Assembly (NCBI GenBank): GCA_963707915.1
Contig: OY970178.1
Span: 1,152,001 to 1,216,000, forward strand
Source: Candidatus Eiseniibacteriota bacterium
GTDB lineage: Bacteria; Eisenbacteria; RBG-16-71-46
Direction of reading: 5' to 3'
Length of the DNA stretch: 64,000 nt
The notes under the pieces are model-generated. The model searched no databases. It was not told where the DNA came from and saw nothing but the letters and a program-made list of their open reading frames with translations. The position numbers were made by a program, and so were the translations under genes. Shown here piece by piece: positions 38,425 to 47,973 of the stretch. How positions within the stretch are numbered: position 1 is the stretch's first letter; every line of letters begins with the position of its first letter.

Positions 38425-39563
38425 AGATCGGGATCGTCTCGCAGTCCTACTACCCCCGTTACGGCGGCGTCACCGAGCACGTCCACCACACCGCGGTCGA
38501 ACTCCGGCGGCGCGGGCACCAGGTCACCATCATCACCAGTCATTTCCGCCGCGGCGAGGCGCCCTCGGACCCCGAGGTCGAGCGCATCGGCTACAACCTG
38601 TTGATCCCCTTCAACGGGGCGTTCGTGGACCTGGCGGTGGGCATCCGCCTCCGCAGCCAGCTGCGCGGCCTGCTCAAGCGCCATGCCTTCGACGTCCTGC
38701 ACACCCACGCGCCGCTCGTGCCCACGCTCCCGCTGATCGCGATCGAGACCGCCGAGTGCCCCCAGGTCGGCACGTTCCACACCACCAGCGGGCCGAGCCG
38801 CCTGATCGCCGCCTTCCTCGGCCCGCTCGCCGCGCGGATGAAGCGCCTCGACGCCCGGATCGCGGTCTCCGAGACGGCCCGCGACTTCGCGGCGCAGTAC
38901 TTCCCCGGCGAGTACCACGTCATCCCCAACGGCGTGGACACCGACCGCTTCCACCCGTCGACCGAGCCGTTCCCCGAATGGCGTGACCCGGATCGCGTGA
39001 ACGTGCTGTTCGTCGGCCGCCTCGATCCCCGCAAGGGCGTGCAGGTGCTGCTGGACGCCATGCCCGAGGTGATCGCCCGCACGCGCGGGCGGGCGCGGTT
39101 GCTGGTCGTGGGCGACTCCTACCTGCGGGGGCGCTTCGAGGCCTCGGTCGCCCCCGCGGCACGGGCGCACGTTCACTTCCTGGGGCACGTGCCGAGCCGC
39201 GACCTGCCGCGCTGGTACGCGACCGGGGACATCTTCGTCTCCCCCGCGCTGGGCCACGAGAGCTTCGGCATCGTGCTGGCCGAGGCCATGGCCAGCGAGC
39301 GCGCGGTGGTGGCCTCCGACATCCCCGGCTATCGCAGCGTGGTCCAGCCCGGGGTGAACGGCGTGGTCTCGCCCCCCGGTGACGTGCCGGCGCTGGCGGA
39401 GACGATCACGGCCCTGGTCGAGGACCCGGAAGGGCGCGCTGCGCTGGCCGCGCGTGGCCGCGCGCGGGCGCTGGAGTTCGCCTGGCCGCGCGTCACCGAC
39501 CGCATCGAGGCGGTCTACCGCGACGTGCTCGCCCGGCGCGAAACGGTCCACGGCGCGGCGTAG
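38421..39563 (+). CDS. GT4 glycosyltransferase, PimA-like
   Basis: Motifs GGVTEHV, VGTFHT, RIAVS, IPNGVD, FVGRLDPRKG, ESFGIVLAEAMA and VVASDI. Confidence 0.88.
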   Translation: MKIGIVSQSYYPRYGGVTEHVHHTAVELRRRGHQVTIITSHFRRGEAPSDPEVERIGYNLLIPFNGAFVDLAVGIRLRSQLRGLLKRHAFDVLHTHAPLVPTLPLIAIETAECPQVGTFHTTSGPSRLIAAFLGPLAARMKRLDARIAVSETARDFAAQYFPGEYHVIPNGVDTDRFHPSTEPFPEWRDPDRVNVLFVGRLDPRKGVQVLLDAMPEVIARTRGRARLLVVGDSYLRGRFEASVAPAARAHVHFLGHVPSRDLPRWYATGDIFVSPALGHESFGIVLAEAMASERAVVASDIPGYRSVVQPGVNGVVSPPGDVPALAETITALVEDPEGRAALAARGRARALEFAWPRVTDRIEAVYRDVLARRETVHGAA

Positions 39564-39569
39564 GCGCCC

Positions 39570-40826
39570 ATGGCCACGGAGGAGAGCCCGCGCCCGCTGC
39601 TGCGGCAGCGCAACTTCCTCGCGCTGATCGGCGGCCAGCTGGTCTCGATCTCGGGCGAGCGGCTCACGGTCGTCGCCCTCTACGGGCTCCTGCTCCAGCA
39701 CACCCGCCACTTCTCGGGGGCCCGCGAGTCCTCCCTCCTGCTGTGGCTGATGGGCATCGCCCAGCTCCTGCCGGTGCTGCTGTTCTCGCCCTTCGTCGGC
39801 GCCTGGGTGGACCGCTGGAACCTCAAGCGCGTGATGGTCCTCTCCGACACGCTGCGCGCCGGGATCGTCATGCTCATCCCGGTCTGCTACCTCGCCACGC
39901 ACAGCGTCTGGCCCGTCAACCTGCTGGTCTTCGCGCTCTTCACCTGCAACGTCTTCTTCCTGCCGGCCAAGAGCGCCGTCACGCCCGAGATCGTCCCCGG
40001 CGGACAGTTGCTGCTCGCCAACGCGCTGCTCGCCGGAGCGGGCATCGCCGGCACGGCGGCCGTCGTCCTCGGGGGCTGGGTCGTGGACCACTGGGGCTGG
40101 GGGCCGGCGCTCTACATCAACGGCATCACGTACCTGGTCTCGGTGGCGTCGTTGCTGCTCATCCGCAGCCGCCCGGCGGCCCATCACGCGACGCTCGCGC
40201 CGGTCTCGATGCGCAACTACCTGCGCGAGGTCACCGAGGGCTGGCGGCTGGTGCGTTCCACGCCGGTCCTGGTGCTGGCGCTCACCGCGCACGCCGCGGT
40301 CTGGGCAGCGGGGGGCTTCCTGCACGTGGCGGGCAACCAGCACATCCAGCGCGCCGCCGGGGCCCTGGCCGGCATGGAGCGCCTCGCGCTGCTCATGGCG
40401 ACCGTCGGGGTCGGCAGCGCCTTCGGGACCTGGTGGGTGAACACCCGGGGACGGGCGCACCCGCGTCACCTGGTCCTCGGGGTCGGCCTCGTGCTCGCCG
40501 CCGCGGGGCTCGCGTGCTTCGCGGTCTCGACCCGTTTCGCCGTGTTCGCCGGGGCCGCGCTGCTCATCGGGCTGGGCGCCGCCCCGGTCTTCGTGCTGCC
40601 CGAGACCATGCTGCAGGAGGGCACCGACGCCCGCCACCGCGGGCGGGTCTTCGGCGCGCGCGACTTCCTGATGCGCCTGATGCTGCTCGGCGGGCAGACC
40701 GTCGCGGGCGTCGCCACGCCCCTGGTCGGCACCGGGGCGACCCTGCTCGTGGCCTCCGCCATGATGGCACTGGTGGGCGGGCTGGCCTTCGTGATGGGCC
40801 GGCGGATCCCCCCCACGGGGACCTGA
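39570..40826 (+). CDS. MFS transporter
   Basis: ~12 TM segments; motif A-like GAWVDRWNLKRVM; RGRVFG. Confidence 0.9.
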   Translation: MATEESPRPLLRQRNFLALIGGQLVSISGERLTVVALYGLLLQHTRHFSGARESSLLLWLMGIAQLLPVLLFSPFVGAWVDRWNLKRVMVLSDTLRAGIVMLIPVCYLATHSVWPVNLLVFALFTCNVFFLPAKSAVTPEIVPGGQLLLANALLAGAGIAGTAAVVLGGWVVDHWGWGPALYINGITYLVSVASLLLIRSRPAAHHATLAPVSMRNYLREVTEGWRLVRSTPVLVLALTAHAAVWAAGGFLHVAGNQHIQRAAGALAGMERLALLMATVGVGSAFGTWWVNTRGRAHPRHLVLGVGLVLAAAGLACFAVSTRFAVFAGAALLIGLGAAPVFVLPETMLQEGTDARHRGRVFGARDFLMRLMLLGGQTVAGVATPLVGTGATLLVASAMMALVGGLAFVMGRRIPPTGT

Positions 40827-40844
40827 CCGGCCCGCGGCGGCGGC

Positions 40845-40872
40845 TCAAGCGGCCCGCGCCGGCTGCCGATAC
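40845..40872 (+). promoter_or_regulatory. Putative sigma28 promoter of the PAS hybrid kinase
   Basis: TCAAG-N15-GCCGATAC, with boxes and spacing identical to the csrA promoter. Confidence 0.75.
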
Positions 40873-40960
40873 TCCCGGGCAGCATGGTCAGCAGGTACGC
40901 CACCCCCGCCTTCCCAGTTCGGGCACGGCCGGGCCTTCCCTCCCTCGGGTGGAGCACCGC

Positions 40961-43762
40961 ATGAGCGAGCGGGTACGCCACCCGGAGCCGCCGGCCGGGG
41001 GGTTGGAGGCGACGTTTCCGGCTGCCGGCGTGCCGCGGGACGGCGCGGGCCGCGGGCTTCCCGGGGCGGCGCCTCCCGGCGCGACGCAGTGGACGCCCGA
41101 GCAGCGCTATCGCTGGCTCGTGGCCACGTCGGCGGAAGGCATCTGGCGCTTCGAGCTGGATCCCCCGGCGTCCATCGACCTGCCGGAGGACGAGCTCGTC
41201 GCGGTGATCCTCGAGCGCGGCCGGATCGCCGAGTGCAACCTCGCCCACGCCCGCCGGTACGGCTTCGAGGAGCCGCGCGCGCTGCTCGGCGCCGGCCTGG
41301 CCGACGTGATGTTCGGTTCCCGCGACGAGCAGCTCGGAGTGGTGCGGGAGTTCGTGCGGTCGGGCCTGCGGGTCTCCGACCTGGAGAGCATCGAGCGCGA
41401 CGGCGCGGGCCGGGTGTTCTCCGCCCGCAACGACCTGGTCGGCATGGTGGAACACGGCTGCCTGGTCGGCGGCTGGGGCACACAGCGGGACGCCGCGAGC
41501 CGCCACCGGGCGGACGACGCGCTCCGCGAGGCGGAGTGGAAGTTCCAGGCCCTCTTCCAGAAGGGCCCGATCGGGGTGGCGTACCACCAGATGGTCTACG
41601 ACCCCGCCGGCCGGCCGGTCGACTACCTCTTCCTCGACGCGAACGAGAGGTACCGGGAACTGACCGGCGTCGATCCGCGGGGCAGGACCGTCACGCAGGC
41701 GTTCCCCGGCATCGCGGACGACCCCTTCGACTGGATCGGGACCTACGGCAAGGTCGCCCGGACCGGAGAGCAGATCCGCTTCGAGCAGCACCTCCAGGCC
41801 AACGACCGCTGGTACGACATCGTCGCCTACCCGTACCGGCCGGACCACTTCGTCACCGCGTTCCTCGACATCACCGAGCGCAAGCGGACCGAGCAGTCGC
41901 TGCGACTGGCGCAGCACTCGGTGGAGATCGCCGCGGACGCCGTCTTCTGGCTCCGGCCCGACGCCTCCATCTGCTACGCGAACTCCGCGGCGTGCACCCT
42001 GCTGGAGATCCCCGGCGAAGAACTCCTCCGGCTGACCGCCTTCGACCTCGAGCCCGGGCGGACCCGCGAAGCCTGGGCCGCGTACTGGGAGGGGCTGCGC
42101 CAGCGCCAGTCGACCACCTACGAGGCGGAGTACCGCACCCGGGCGGGGCGACTCGTCCCGGTGGAGGTCACGGCCAGCTACCTCGAGTTCGCCGGCGAGG
42201 TCTACAGCTTCTGCTTCGTCCGCGACATCCGCCGGCGCAAGCAGACCGAGGAGCGCCTGGCCACCCTCGCCACCGCGGTCGAGCAGGCGGACGACGACAT
42301 CATGGTGACCGACGCAGCGGGCGTCATCACCTACGTGAACGCCGCCTTCGAGCGGACGACGGGGTACTCGCGCACCGAGGCGGTCGGGCGTTCCCCCCGC
42401 TTCCTCGACAGCGGCCGGCACGACCCGGCCTTCTACCAGCAGGTCGACACCACGCTCGCGGATGGGCAGACCTGGCACGGCCGTTTCAGCAACCGCACCC
42501 GCGACGGACGCACCATCCTGCAGGACGCGAGCATCTCGCCGATCTTCGACCTCTCCGGCCGGATCGTCGGACAGGTCTCGGCCCGGCGCGACGTCACCCG
42601 GCAGGTCGAGCTGGAAGGGCACGCGGCGCAGGCGGACAAGCTGGAGGCCATCGGGACGATGGCGGGCGGCATCGCCCACGACTTCAACAACATCCTGAGC
42701 GCCATCCTCGGCTACACGCAGATGGCCCTGCGCAAGTGCCCCGACGACTCGCCGATCCACCGCGACCTGCAGGCCGTCCTGCTCGGCTCGCGGCGCGCCG
42801 CCGACCTGGTCAAGCAGATCCTGACCTTCAGCCGCCACCAGCAGCGCGCGGAGCAGCCCGTCCAGGTCGGCCTGATCGTCAAGGAGGCGGCCAAGTTCCT
42901 GCGGGCCAGCATCCCGGCCACCGTGGAGATCCGGACGGACGTCCGTTCGGACGCCGTCGTCCTGGCCGAGCCGACCGACATCCACCGGATCGTGATCAAC
43001 CTCTGCACGAACGCCGCGCTGGCCATGCAGGACCACGGCGGCCTGCTGGAGTTGAGCCTCGCCGACGTCGACCTCGATGCGTCGTTCACCTCGGTGCATC
43101 CGGACGCCTCACCGGGGCGGTTCGTCCGGCTCCGGGTGCGCGACACCGGGCACGGGATGACCCGCGAGATCCAGTCGCGGATCTTCGAGCCCTTCTTCAC
43201 GACCCGCGAGCGCGGGGAGGGCACGGGAATGGGGCTCGCCGTGGTGCACGGCATCGTGACGCGCTGCCACGGGGCCATCACCGTGGAGAGCGAACCGGGC
43301 CAGGGGACGACCTTCGAGATCCACCTGCCGGTGATCGAGCGGGCGGCGTCCTCCGCCGCCCCGTCGACGGAGCCCCTGATCGCGGGCACCGGGCGCATCC
43401 TCGTGGTCGACGACGAGCCGCTGGTGGTCGCCATGGTGGCGGACCAGCTGAGCGAGATGGGCTACCAGGCCACGGCCTGCGCGAACGGCCACGAGGCCCT
43501 GCGGGTGTTCGCCGCCGACCCGCGCGCGTTCGACCTCGTGATCACCGACATGACCATGCCGGGCATGACGGGCGACCTGCTGGCACAGCGTCTCAAGAGC
43601 CTCCGACCGGACCTCCCGGTCGTCCTCTGCACCGGCTACAGCGACAAGGTCTCGGCGGAGTCGGCCCGGGCCCAGGGGATCGACGAGTTCGCGATGAAGC
43701 CCCTCGCGATGGCGGAGCTCTCGCGGCTGGTGCGCCGGGCGCTCGACCGGCACCGGCCCTGA
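40961..43762 (+). CDS. Cytoplasmic multi-PAS hybrid histidine kinase (CckA-like PAS-HisKA-HATPase-REC)
   Basis: About four PAS/PAC units (DITERK, DIRRRK, DVTRQ); AHDFNNIL; PFFTT; GTGMGL; receiver ILVVDDE...ITDMTMP. Confidence 0.95.
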   Translation: MSERVRHPEPPAGGLEATFPAAGVPRDGAGRGLPGAAPPGATQWTPEQRYRWLVATSAEGIWRFELDPPASIDLPEDELVAVILERGRIAECNLAHARRYGFEEPRALLGAGLADVMFGSRDEQLGVVREFVRSGLRVSDLESIERDGAGRVFSARNDLVGMVEHGCLVGGWGTQRDAASRHRADDALREAEWKFQALFQKGPIGVAYHQMVYDPAGRPVDYLFLDANERYRELTGVDPRGRTVTQAFPGIADDPFDWIGTYGKVARTGEQIRFEQHLQANDRWYDIVAYPYRPDHFVTAFLDITERKRTEQSLRLAQHSVEIAADAVFWLRPDASICYANSAACTLLEIPGEELLRLTAFDLEPGRTREAWAAYWEGLRQRQSTTYEAEYRTRAGRLVPVEVTASYLEFAGEVYSFCFVRDIRRRKQTEERLATLATAVEQADDDIMVTDAAGVITYVNAAFERTTGYSRTEAVGRSPRFLDSGRHDPAFYQQVDTTLADGQTWHGRFSNRTRDGRTILQDASISPIFDLSGRIVGQVSARRDVTRQVELEGHAAQADKLEAIGTMAGGIAHDFNNILSAILGYTQMALRKCPDDSPIHRDLQAVLLGSRRAADLVKQILTFSRHQQRAEQPVQVGLIVKEAAKFLRASIPATVEIRTDVRSDAVVLAEPTDIHRIVINLCTNAALAMQDHGGLLELSLADVDLDASFTSVHPDASPGRFVRLRVRDTGHGMTREIQSRIFEPFFTTRERGEGTGMGLAVVHGIVTRCHGAITVESEPGQGTTFEIHLPVIERAASSAAPSTEPLIAGTGRILVVDDEPLVVAMVADQLSEMGYQATACANGHEALRVFAADPRAFDLVITDMTMPGMTGDLLAQRLKSLRPDLPVVLCTGYSDKVSAESARAQGIDEFAMKPLAMAELSRLVRRALDRHRP

Positions 43763-43861
43763 GCGGGACGGCCGGCGCGGCGCAGCGGAGAGCGCGGTCC
43801 CGGCCGGCGAGGACCTCGACGGGGCGCCGCCGTCACGAGCGTGACGGCGGCGCCCCCGCGC

Positions 43862-46800
43862 TCATCGCGTCACGACGATCCGGCGGACGAGCGAGCGGCC
43901 CGCCACGTTGAGGCGCACGAAGTAGAGCCCCGAGCCGAGCCGGCCCCCGTAGGTCCCGTCCCAACGGACCTGGTGCCGACCCGCCTCGTAGTCGCCCTCG
44001 GCCAGCACCGCCACCTCGCGTCCCTGCACGTCGATCACGCTCAACCGCACGTGGGACGCGCTCGGCAGCGCGAAGCCGATCCGCGCCGACCCCCGCATCG
44101 GGTTCGGCTGCACCGGAGCCAGCTCGAAGCTCACGACCGGCCGCTCGCCGACCCCCGCCGTCTCGCGGACGACGAACGCGGAGTCACCCACGTCCGTCCC
44201 GAGGTTGCCGGCCGCGTCGCGGGCCAGCACCTTGAGGACCGCGTCGGTCGTCGCCGGCCCGGTCACCAGCCAGCTGTACGTGCCGGTGTTCGGGACCGAC
44301 GTCGCGATCGAGTCGAACGCGCCGCCCGCGCCCGTGCGCGACAGGTAGAGGTCCACGCGCGTCACCGCCGCGTTGTCGATCGCGCTCCACTCGAGGCTGA
44401 CCGGGTCTCCGACGACGGCGACCGCCCCGCCCGCCGGCCCCAGCACGTGCACCGCCGGCGGTGCGGTGTCGCTGAAGGCCGCCGCCACGGTCCGGTTGGC
44501 GGTCATCAGCAGTGCCAGCGGATTGCCGCTCGTGGTCGTGTCACCGCTCCAGCCCGTGAAGGCCCAGCCGGAATCCGGGATCGCCGTCACCATCACGGGG
44601 GCGCCGTGGACGTAGGCGGGCAGGTCGGGCGCGCGCAGCACGGCGCCGCCGGCCCCCGCGGACGTCGTCAGCGTGTAGAGGTTCGTCGAGAAGCTGGCGT
44701 CGATCGTGTGGTTGGCGGCGACGCCGGTGAAGGTGTAGGTCGTGTCGCTCCCCACCGAGAGGCCGTCCACCAGCACGTCCAGCACGTGGCTCCCGCCGGC
44801 CGGCTGGATCGAGAACCCCTGGCTCGCGCCCTCGACCACGGGCACGGCTCCGGCCGGTACGATGCTCCCGCCCGCCCCCGCCGCGGCGGTGATGACCCAG
44901 CGGTCGATGGTGAAGGAGTAGTTGCTCGCGTCGCTGGCCGAGTTCCCGGCGGCGTCGTGCGCCGTGGCGCGCACGATCGCGGTGGTGGTGGGCGTGTTGG
45001 GCACCGTCCACGAGAAGGTCCCCGAGTTCGCCAGCCCGGTGGCGATGATGATGGGGAAGCTGAAGCCGCCGTCGGTCGAGAGCGCCAGGTCCACGGCGGT
45101 CACGCCGACGTTGTCCGTGGCGGTCCAGGTGACGGCGTGGGTCGAGCCCGCCTTCCAGGTCACGGCCGCGTTCGGGGCGGTCACGGTGACCGACGGGGCG
45201 GTGAGATCCCCGTGGCCGAGGCTGTTGTAGATGTCGAGCTTGCCGTAGCCCCAGGTGTTGTTCGGCACCGCGCCGGTGTAGGCGTCCGCCCGGGCGTTGG
45301 CCTCGAAGGCGAGCTTCACCTTGCTGGGCGACGCGCCCGGCGAGGACTGCAGGAACAGCAGCGCGGCCCCGGCGACGTGGGGCGCGGAGAAGCTCGTCCC
45401 CGCCGTGATCTCGTGCACGCCGTCGTCCGCGTCCCAGCCGGTGCCGGCGAGGCTGCCCGCGGCGCTCGAGTGGGTGGTCGCAACGCCGAACCCGGGGGCC
45501 GAGATCTCGGGCTTGAGGACGCCGTCACGCCGCGGCCCCACGTTGGAGAACGGGGCGATGGCGTTCATGGTGGGCGCCGGGCTGAAGCTGTAGGTCGCCC
45601 CGTCCAGGCAGGAGTACCACGACGGCTTGGTGACGTGGGCGGCCACGGCGAAGACGCTGTCCGCGTCGGCGGGCTGGCCGACGAGCGTGGTGTTGTCGAG
45701 GCCCTGGGTGACCGTGGGCACGACGCCGGCCGCGCCCAGCCGCGAGGCGTAGAGCCAGATGTCCACGCGCCTGCCGATGCTGGCCGTGTTGTTCGACACC
45801 ACGTTGATCCGCCAGTTGCCGACGCGCGGCATCTGGTTCGCGGTGGCATCGAAGATCTCGACCTCGAACTGACGGGCCTTCGCCGTCCCCCCGAAGCCCT
45901 CGGCGGCGTTCTGGTTCGCGATGTAGATCTGGCTCCCGGTCGTCCCGGTGCTGCGCGAGGCCCAGGCCCCGAAGCCGCAGCTCAGGGTGTCACTGGCGAG
46001 CGGACCCCGGACCTGGATGACGACGCTGGCGGTGGTGTCGTACCAGCCGGCGACCAGGACGTAGTCGTTGATGGGGCCCGAGTTCTTCGTGTAGGTCGGG
46101 ATGTTGAACCGCAGGTTGTCCGTTCCCGGCACGGTCGAGGTGGTCGTGAGCCGGCCGTGGATCGCGTCCTGCTGGTCGTTCCCCGCCGAAGCCACCACGA
46201 TCCTGCCCGGTCCGGTGAGCGCGCTGATCGCCGTGCCGAAGACGTCCGAGCCGTCGTGCGGTCCCGCCTGGCCGCCCAGCGAGAGGTTCACCACGCAGTC
46301 CTTCCCGAGTGCCGCGGCCTTCTGGAAGATGTAGTTGACCCCGTCGATGATCGCGGCATCCGAGAAGTCGGTGGCGACCTCGATGAACTCGGCCTTCGGC
46401 GCCATGCCGACGTAGCGGTAGGCCGGCTGCGAGCACCCCGTCTCGGAACCGTTCCCGATCAGCACGCCCGCCACGGTGGTGCCGTGGCCGTTGGTGTCCC
46501 GGTGGCGGACGGTGCCCGGCGTGTTGTCGATCTGGGACTTGCTCCACTCCGAGCCGTAGGCGAAGCCCGAGGGGTTCGGACCGACCAGGTCGTTCTGGTC
46601 CCAGATGTAGAGGATGCGGGTCTTGCCCGTGCTGTCCTGGAAATCGGGCCGCGTGAAGTCGATGCCCGAGTCCACGTCGCCGATGATCATGCCCTGGCCG
46701 GCACGGCCGCTGTAGACCGGCGGGCTGCCCGACGCGCCCTGCTCGAGGTCCGCACGCACGTCCACCCGGCTGACGTTGAGGTACGGCTGCATGTAGCGCG

Positions 46801-47197
46801 CCAGCTGCACCCGGCGTATGCCGGAGATGCCGCGCAGCCGCCCGACCTCTTCGCGGCGCACGCGCGCCGTGAAGGTGCTGCCGGTCTGCGTTCCGACCCG
46901 GATGCCGGCGGCTTCCAGCTCCGCCCGCGTGCCGTCGAACTCGAGGATGACACCGAACTCGGTGGGCTCGACGTAGTCGAGCGGGACGGCGATCGGGGAC
47001 CGGCCGGAGACCCGGTCGAGCAGGCGTCCGCGGGAAGGCATCGGGCGGTTGCTGAGCGGGACGGGCTGGCCGGCTTCGATCGACGCCAGGCCCCGGTCGA
47101 GCCGATTGCCGGAGGGGAGCTGCGCGGAGGCCGGGACGGCCGCGAGCACGAGGGAAGACAGGAACACGGCCAGTGCCAGCCTAGCATGTGCACGCAT
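43862..47197 (-). CDS. Secreted S8 subtilase (CspA-like) with Ig-like repeats and a C-terminal FlgD-Ig/T9SS-type sorting-like domain
   Basis: Signal peptide; catalytic triad DVDSGID, GHGT and GTSFSAPHVAG; C-terminal PNP...DVQGR...WDG...SGLYFVRL. Confidence 0.92.
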   Translation of the reverse strand: MRAHARLALAVFLSSLVLAAVPASAQLPSGNRLDRGLASIEAGQPVPLSNRPMPSRGRLLDRVSGRSPIAVPLDYVEPTEFGVILEFDGTRAELEAAGIRVGTQTGSTFTARVRREEVGRLRGISGIRRVQLARYMQPYLNVSRVDVRADLEQGASGSPPVYSGRAGQGMIIGDVDSGIDFTRPDFQDSTGKTRILYIWDQNDLVGPNPSGFAYGSEWSKSQIDNTPGTVRHRDTNGHGTTVAGVLIGNGSETGCSQPAYRYVGMAPKAEFIEVATDFSDAAIIDGVNYIFQKAAALGKDCVVNLSLGGQAGPHDGSDVFGTAISALTGPGRIVVASAGNDQQDAIHGRLTTTSTVPGTDNLRFNIPTYTKNSGPINDYVLVAGWYDTTASVVIQVRGPLASDTLSCGFGAWASRSTGTTGSQIYIANQNAAEGFGGTAKARQFEVEIFDATANQMPRVGNWRINVVSNNTASIGRRVDIWLYASRLGAAGVVPTVTQGLDNTTLVGQPADADSVFAVAAHVTKPSWYSCLDGATYSFSPAPTMNAIAPFSNVGPRRDGVLKPEISAPGFGVATTHSSAAGSLAGTGWDADDGVHEITAGTSFSAPHVAGAALLFLQSSPGASPSKVKLAFEANARADAYTGAVPNNTWGYGKLDIYNSLGHGDLTAPSVTVTAPNAAVTWKAGSTHAVTWTATDNVGVTAVDLALSTDGGFSFPIIIATGLANSGTFSWTVPNTPTTTAIVRATAHDAAGNSASDASNYSFTIDRWVITAAAGAGGSIVPAGAVPVVEGASQGFSIQPAGGSHVLDVLVDGLSVGSDTTYTFTGVAANHTIDASFSTNLYTLTTSAGAGGAVLRAPDLPAYVHGAPVMVTAIPDSGWAFTGWSGDTTTSGNPLALLMTANRTVAAAFSDTAPPAVHVLGPAGGAVAVVGDPVSLEWSAIDNAAVTRVDLYLSRTGAGGAFDSIATSVPNTGTYSWLVTGPATTDAVLKVLARDAAGNLGTDVGDSAFVVRETAGVGERPVVSFELAPVQPNPMRGSARIGFALPSASHVRLSVIDVQGREVAVLAEGDYEAGRHQVRWDGTYGGRLGSGLYFVRLNVAGRSLVRRIVVTR

Positions 47198-47352
47198 GAT
47201 GCGGTTCTCCTCGGGGGTCCCAGGGCGGACATGCACAGACAGCGGTTCTTCCCATGATTGTGGCCGCAGGCGGGGCACCAAGTCAATCGGCGGGGCGGCG
47301 CTCCCCCGCGGCGGGGAAGGCTTCCTGCAACCCCCCGGCCGCCCGGGCCGGA

Positions 47353-47868
47353 TCAGCCCTCGCGGGCCGTCAGCGGCACGAGTTCCACGCCCCAGCGCTC
47401 GCGCAGGGCCGTGCGGAACGCACTGGGGTCGGCGTCCGCCCCGGCGCGGCTGCAGTAGCTTTCGTAGGCCGCCATCAGCGCCGGACCGAACTCGGCGAAG
47501 AACCGGTGCTCGGCGCGCGCCCGGTCGATCGCATCGCCCCGGTCCGCGGCGAACTGTTCCAGCACGGCCCGTGCGATCGCCACCGGCTCCCCGGCTCCGG
47601 ATTCCGCCGCGGTCCCGGGCTCCATGGTCGCGGGGTCCGCGGTCCCGGCGGTCGTCGCCCCGGTCGCGGCGGGCTCCTCCACCGCCTCGATGGGTCGTTC
47701 GGGCGGCGGGCCCGCGGGGGCGGGCGCGGCCGCATCGCGGGGTTGCCCGTCCACGCCGACCGCGAACAGGTGCTGGCAGCGCGGGCAGCGCACGCGCGCG
47801 CCCCCCGGACCCACGAGGTGCTCGGGGAGCAGGTAACCGGTCGAGCAGTTCGGACAGGTGACGATCAC
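47353..47868 (-). CDS. MJ0042-type zinc-ribbon domain protein
   Basis: CPNC..Y...VRCPRC..F, Ala/Pro linker, helical C-terminal domain; GGAGG RBS. Confidence 0.85.
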   Translation of the reverse strand: MIVTCPNCSTGYLLPEHLVGPGGARVRCPRCQHLFAVGVDGQPRDAAAPAPAGPPPERPIEAVEEPAATGATTAGTADPATMEPGTAAESGAGEPVAIARAVLEQFAADRGDAIDRARAEHRFFAEFGPALMAAYESYCSRAGADADPSAFRTALRERWGVELVPLTAREG

Positions 47869-47973
47869 GAGCGGACCTCCAAGGTCACCATTGTGCCCCA
47901 ATTCGCCTCGCCTGAAAACCCGGCCCGCCGGGCGGACGCCCGGAGCGGGCCGGCCGACCGGCCGGCGGGCGTC

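Noticed and set aside
47284..47311. GCCGATTG upstream of the S8 protease as a sigma28 -10 box
   Set aside because: No matching -35 box at the expected spacing.
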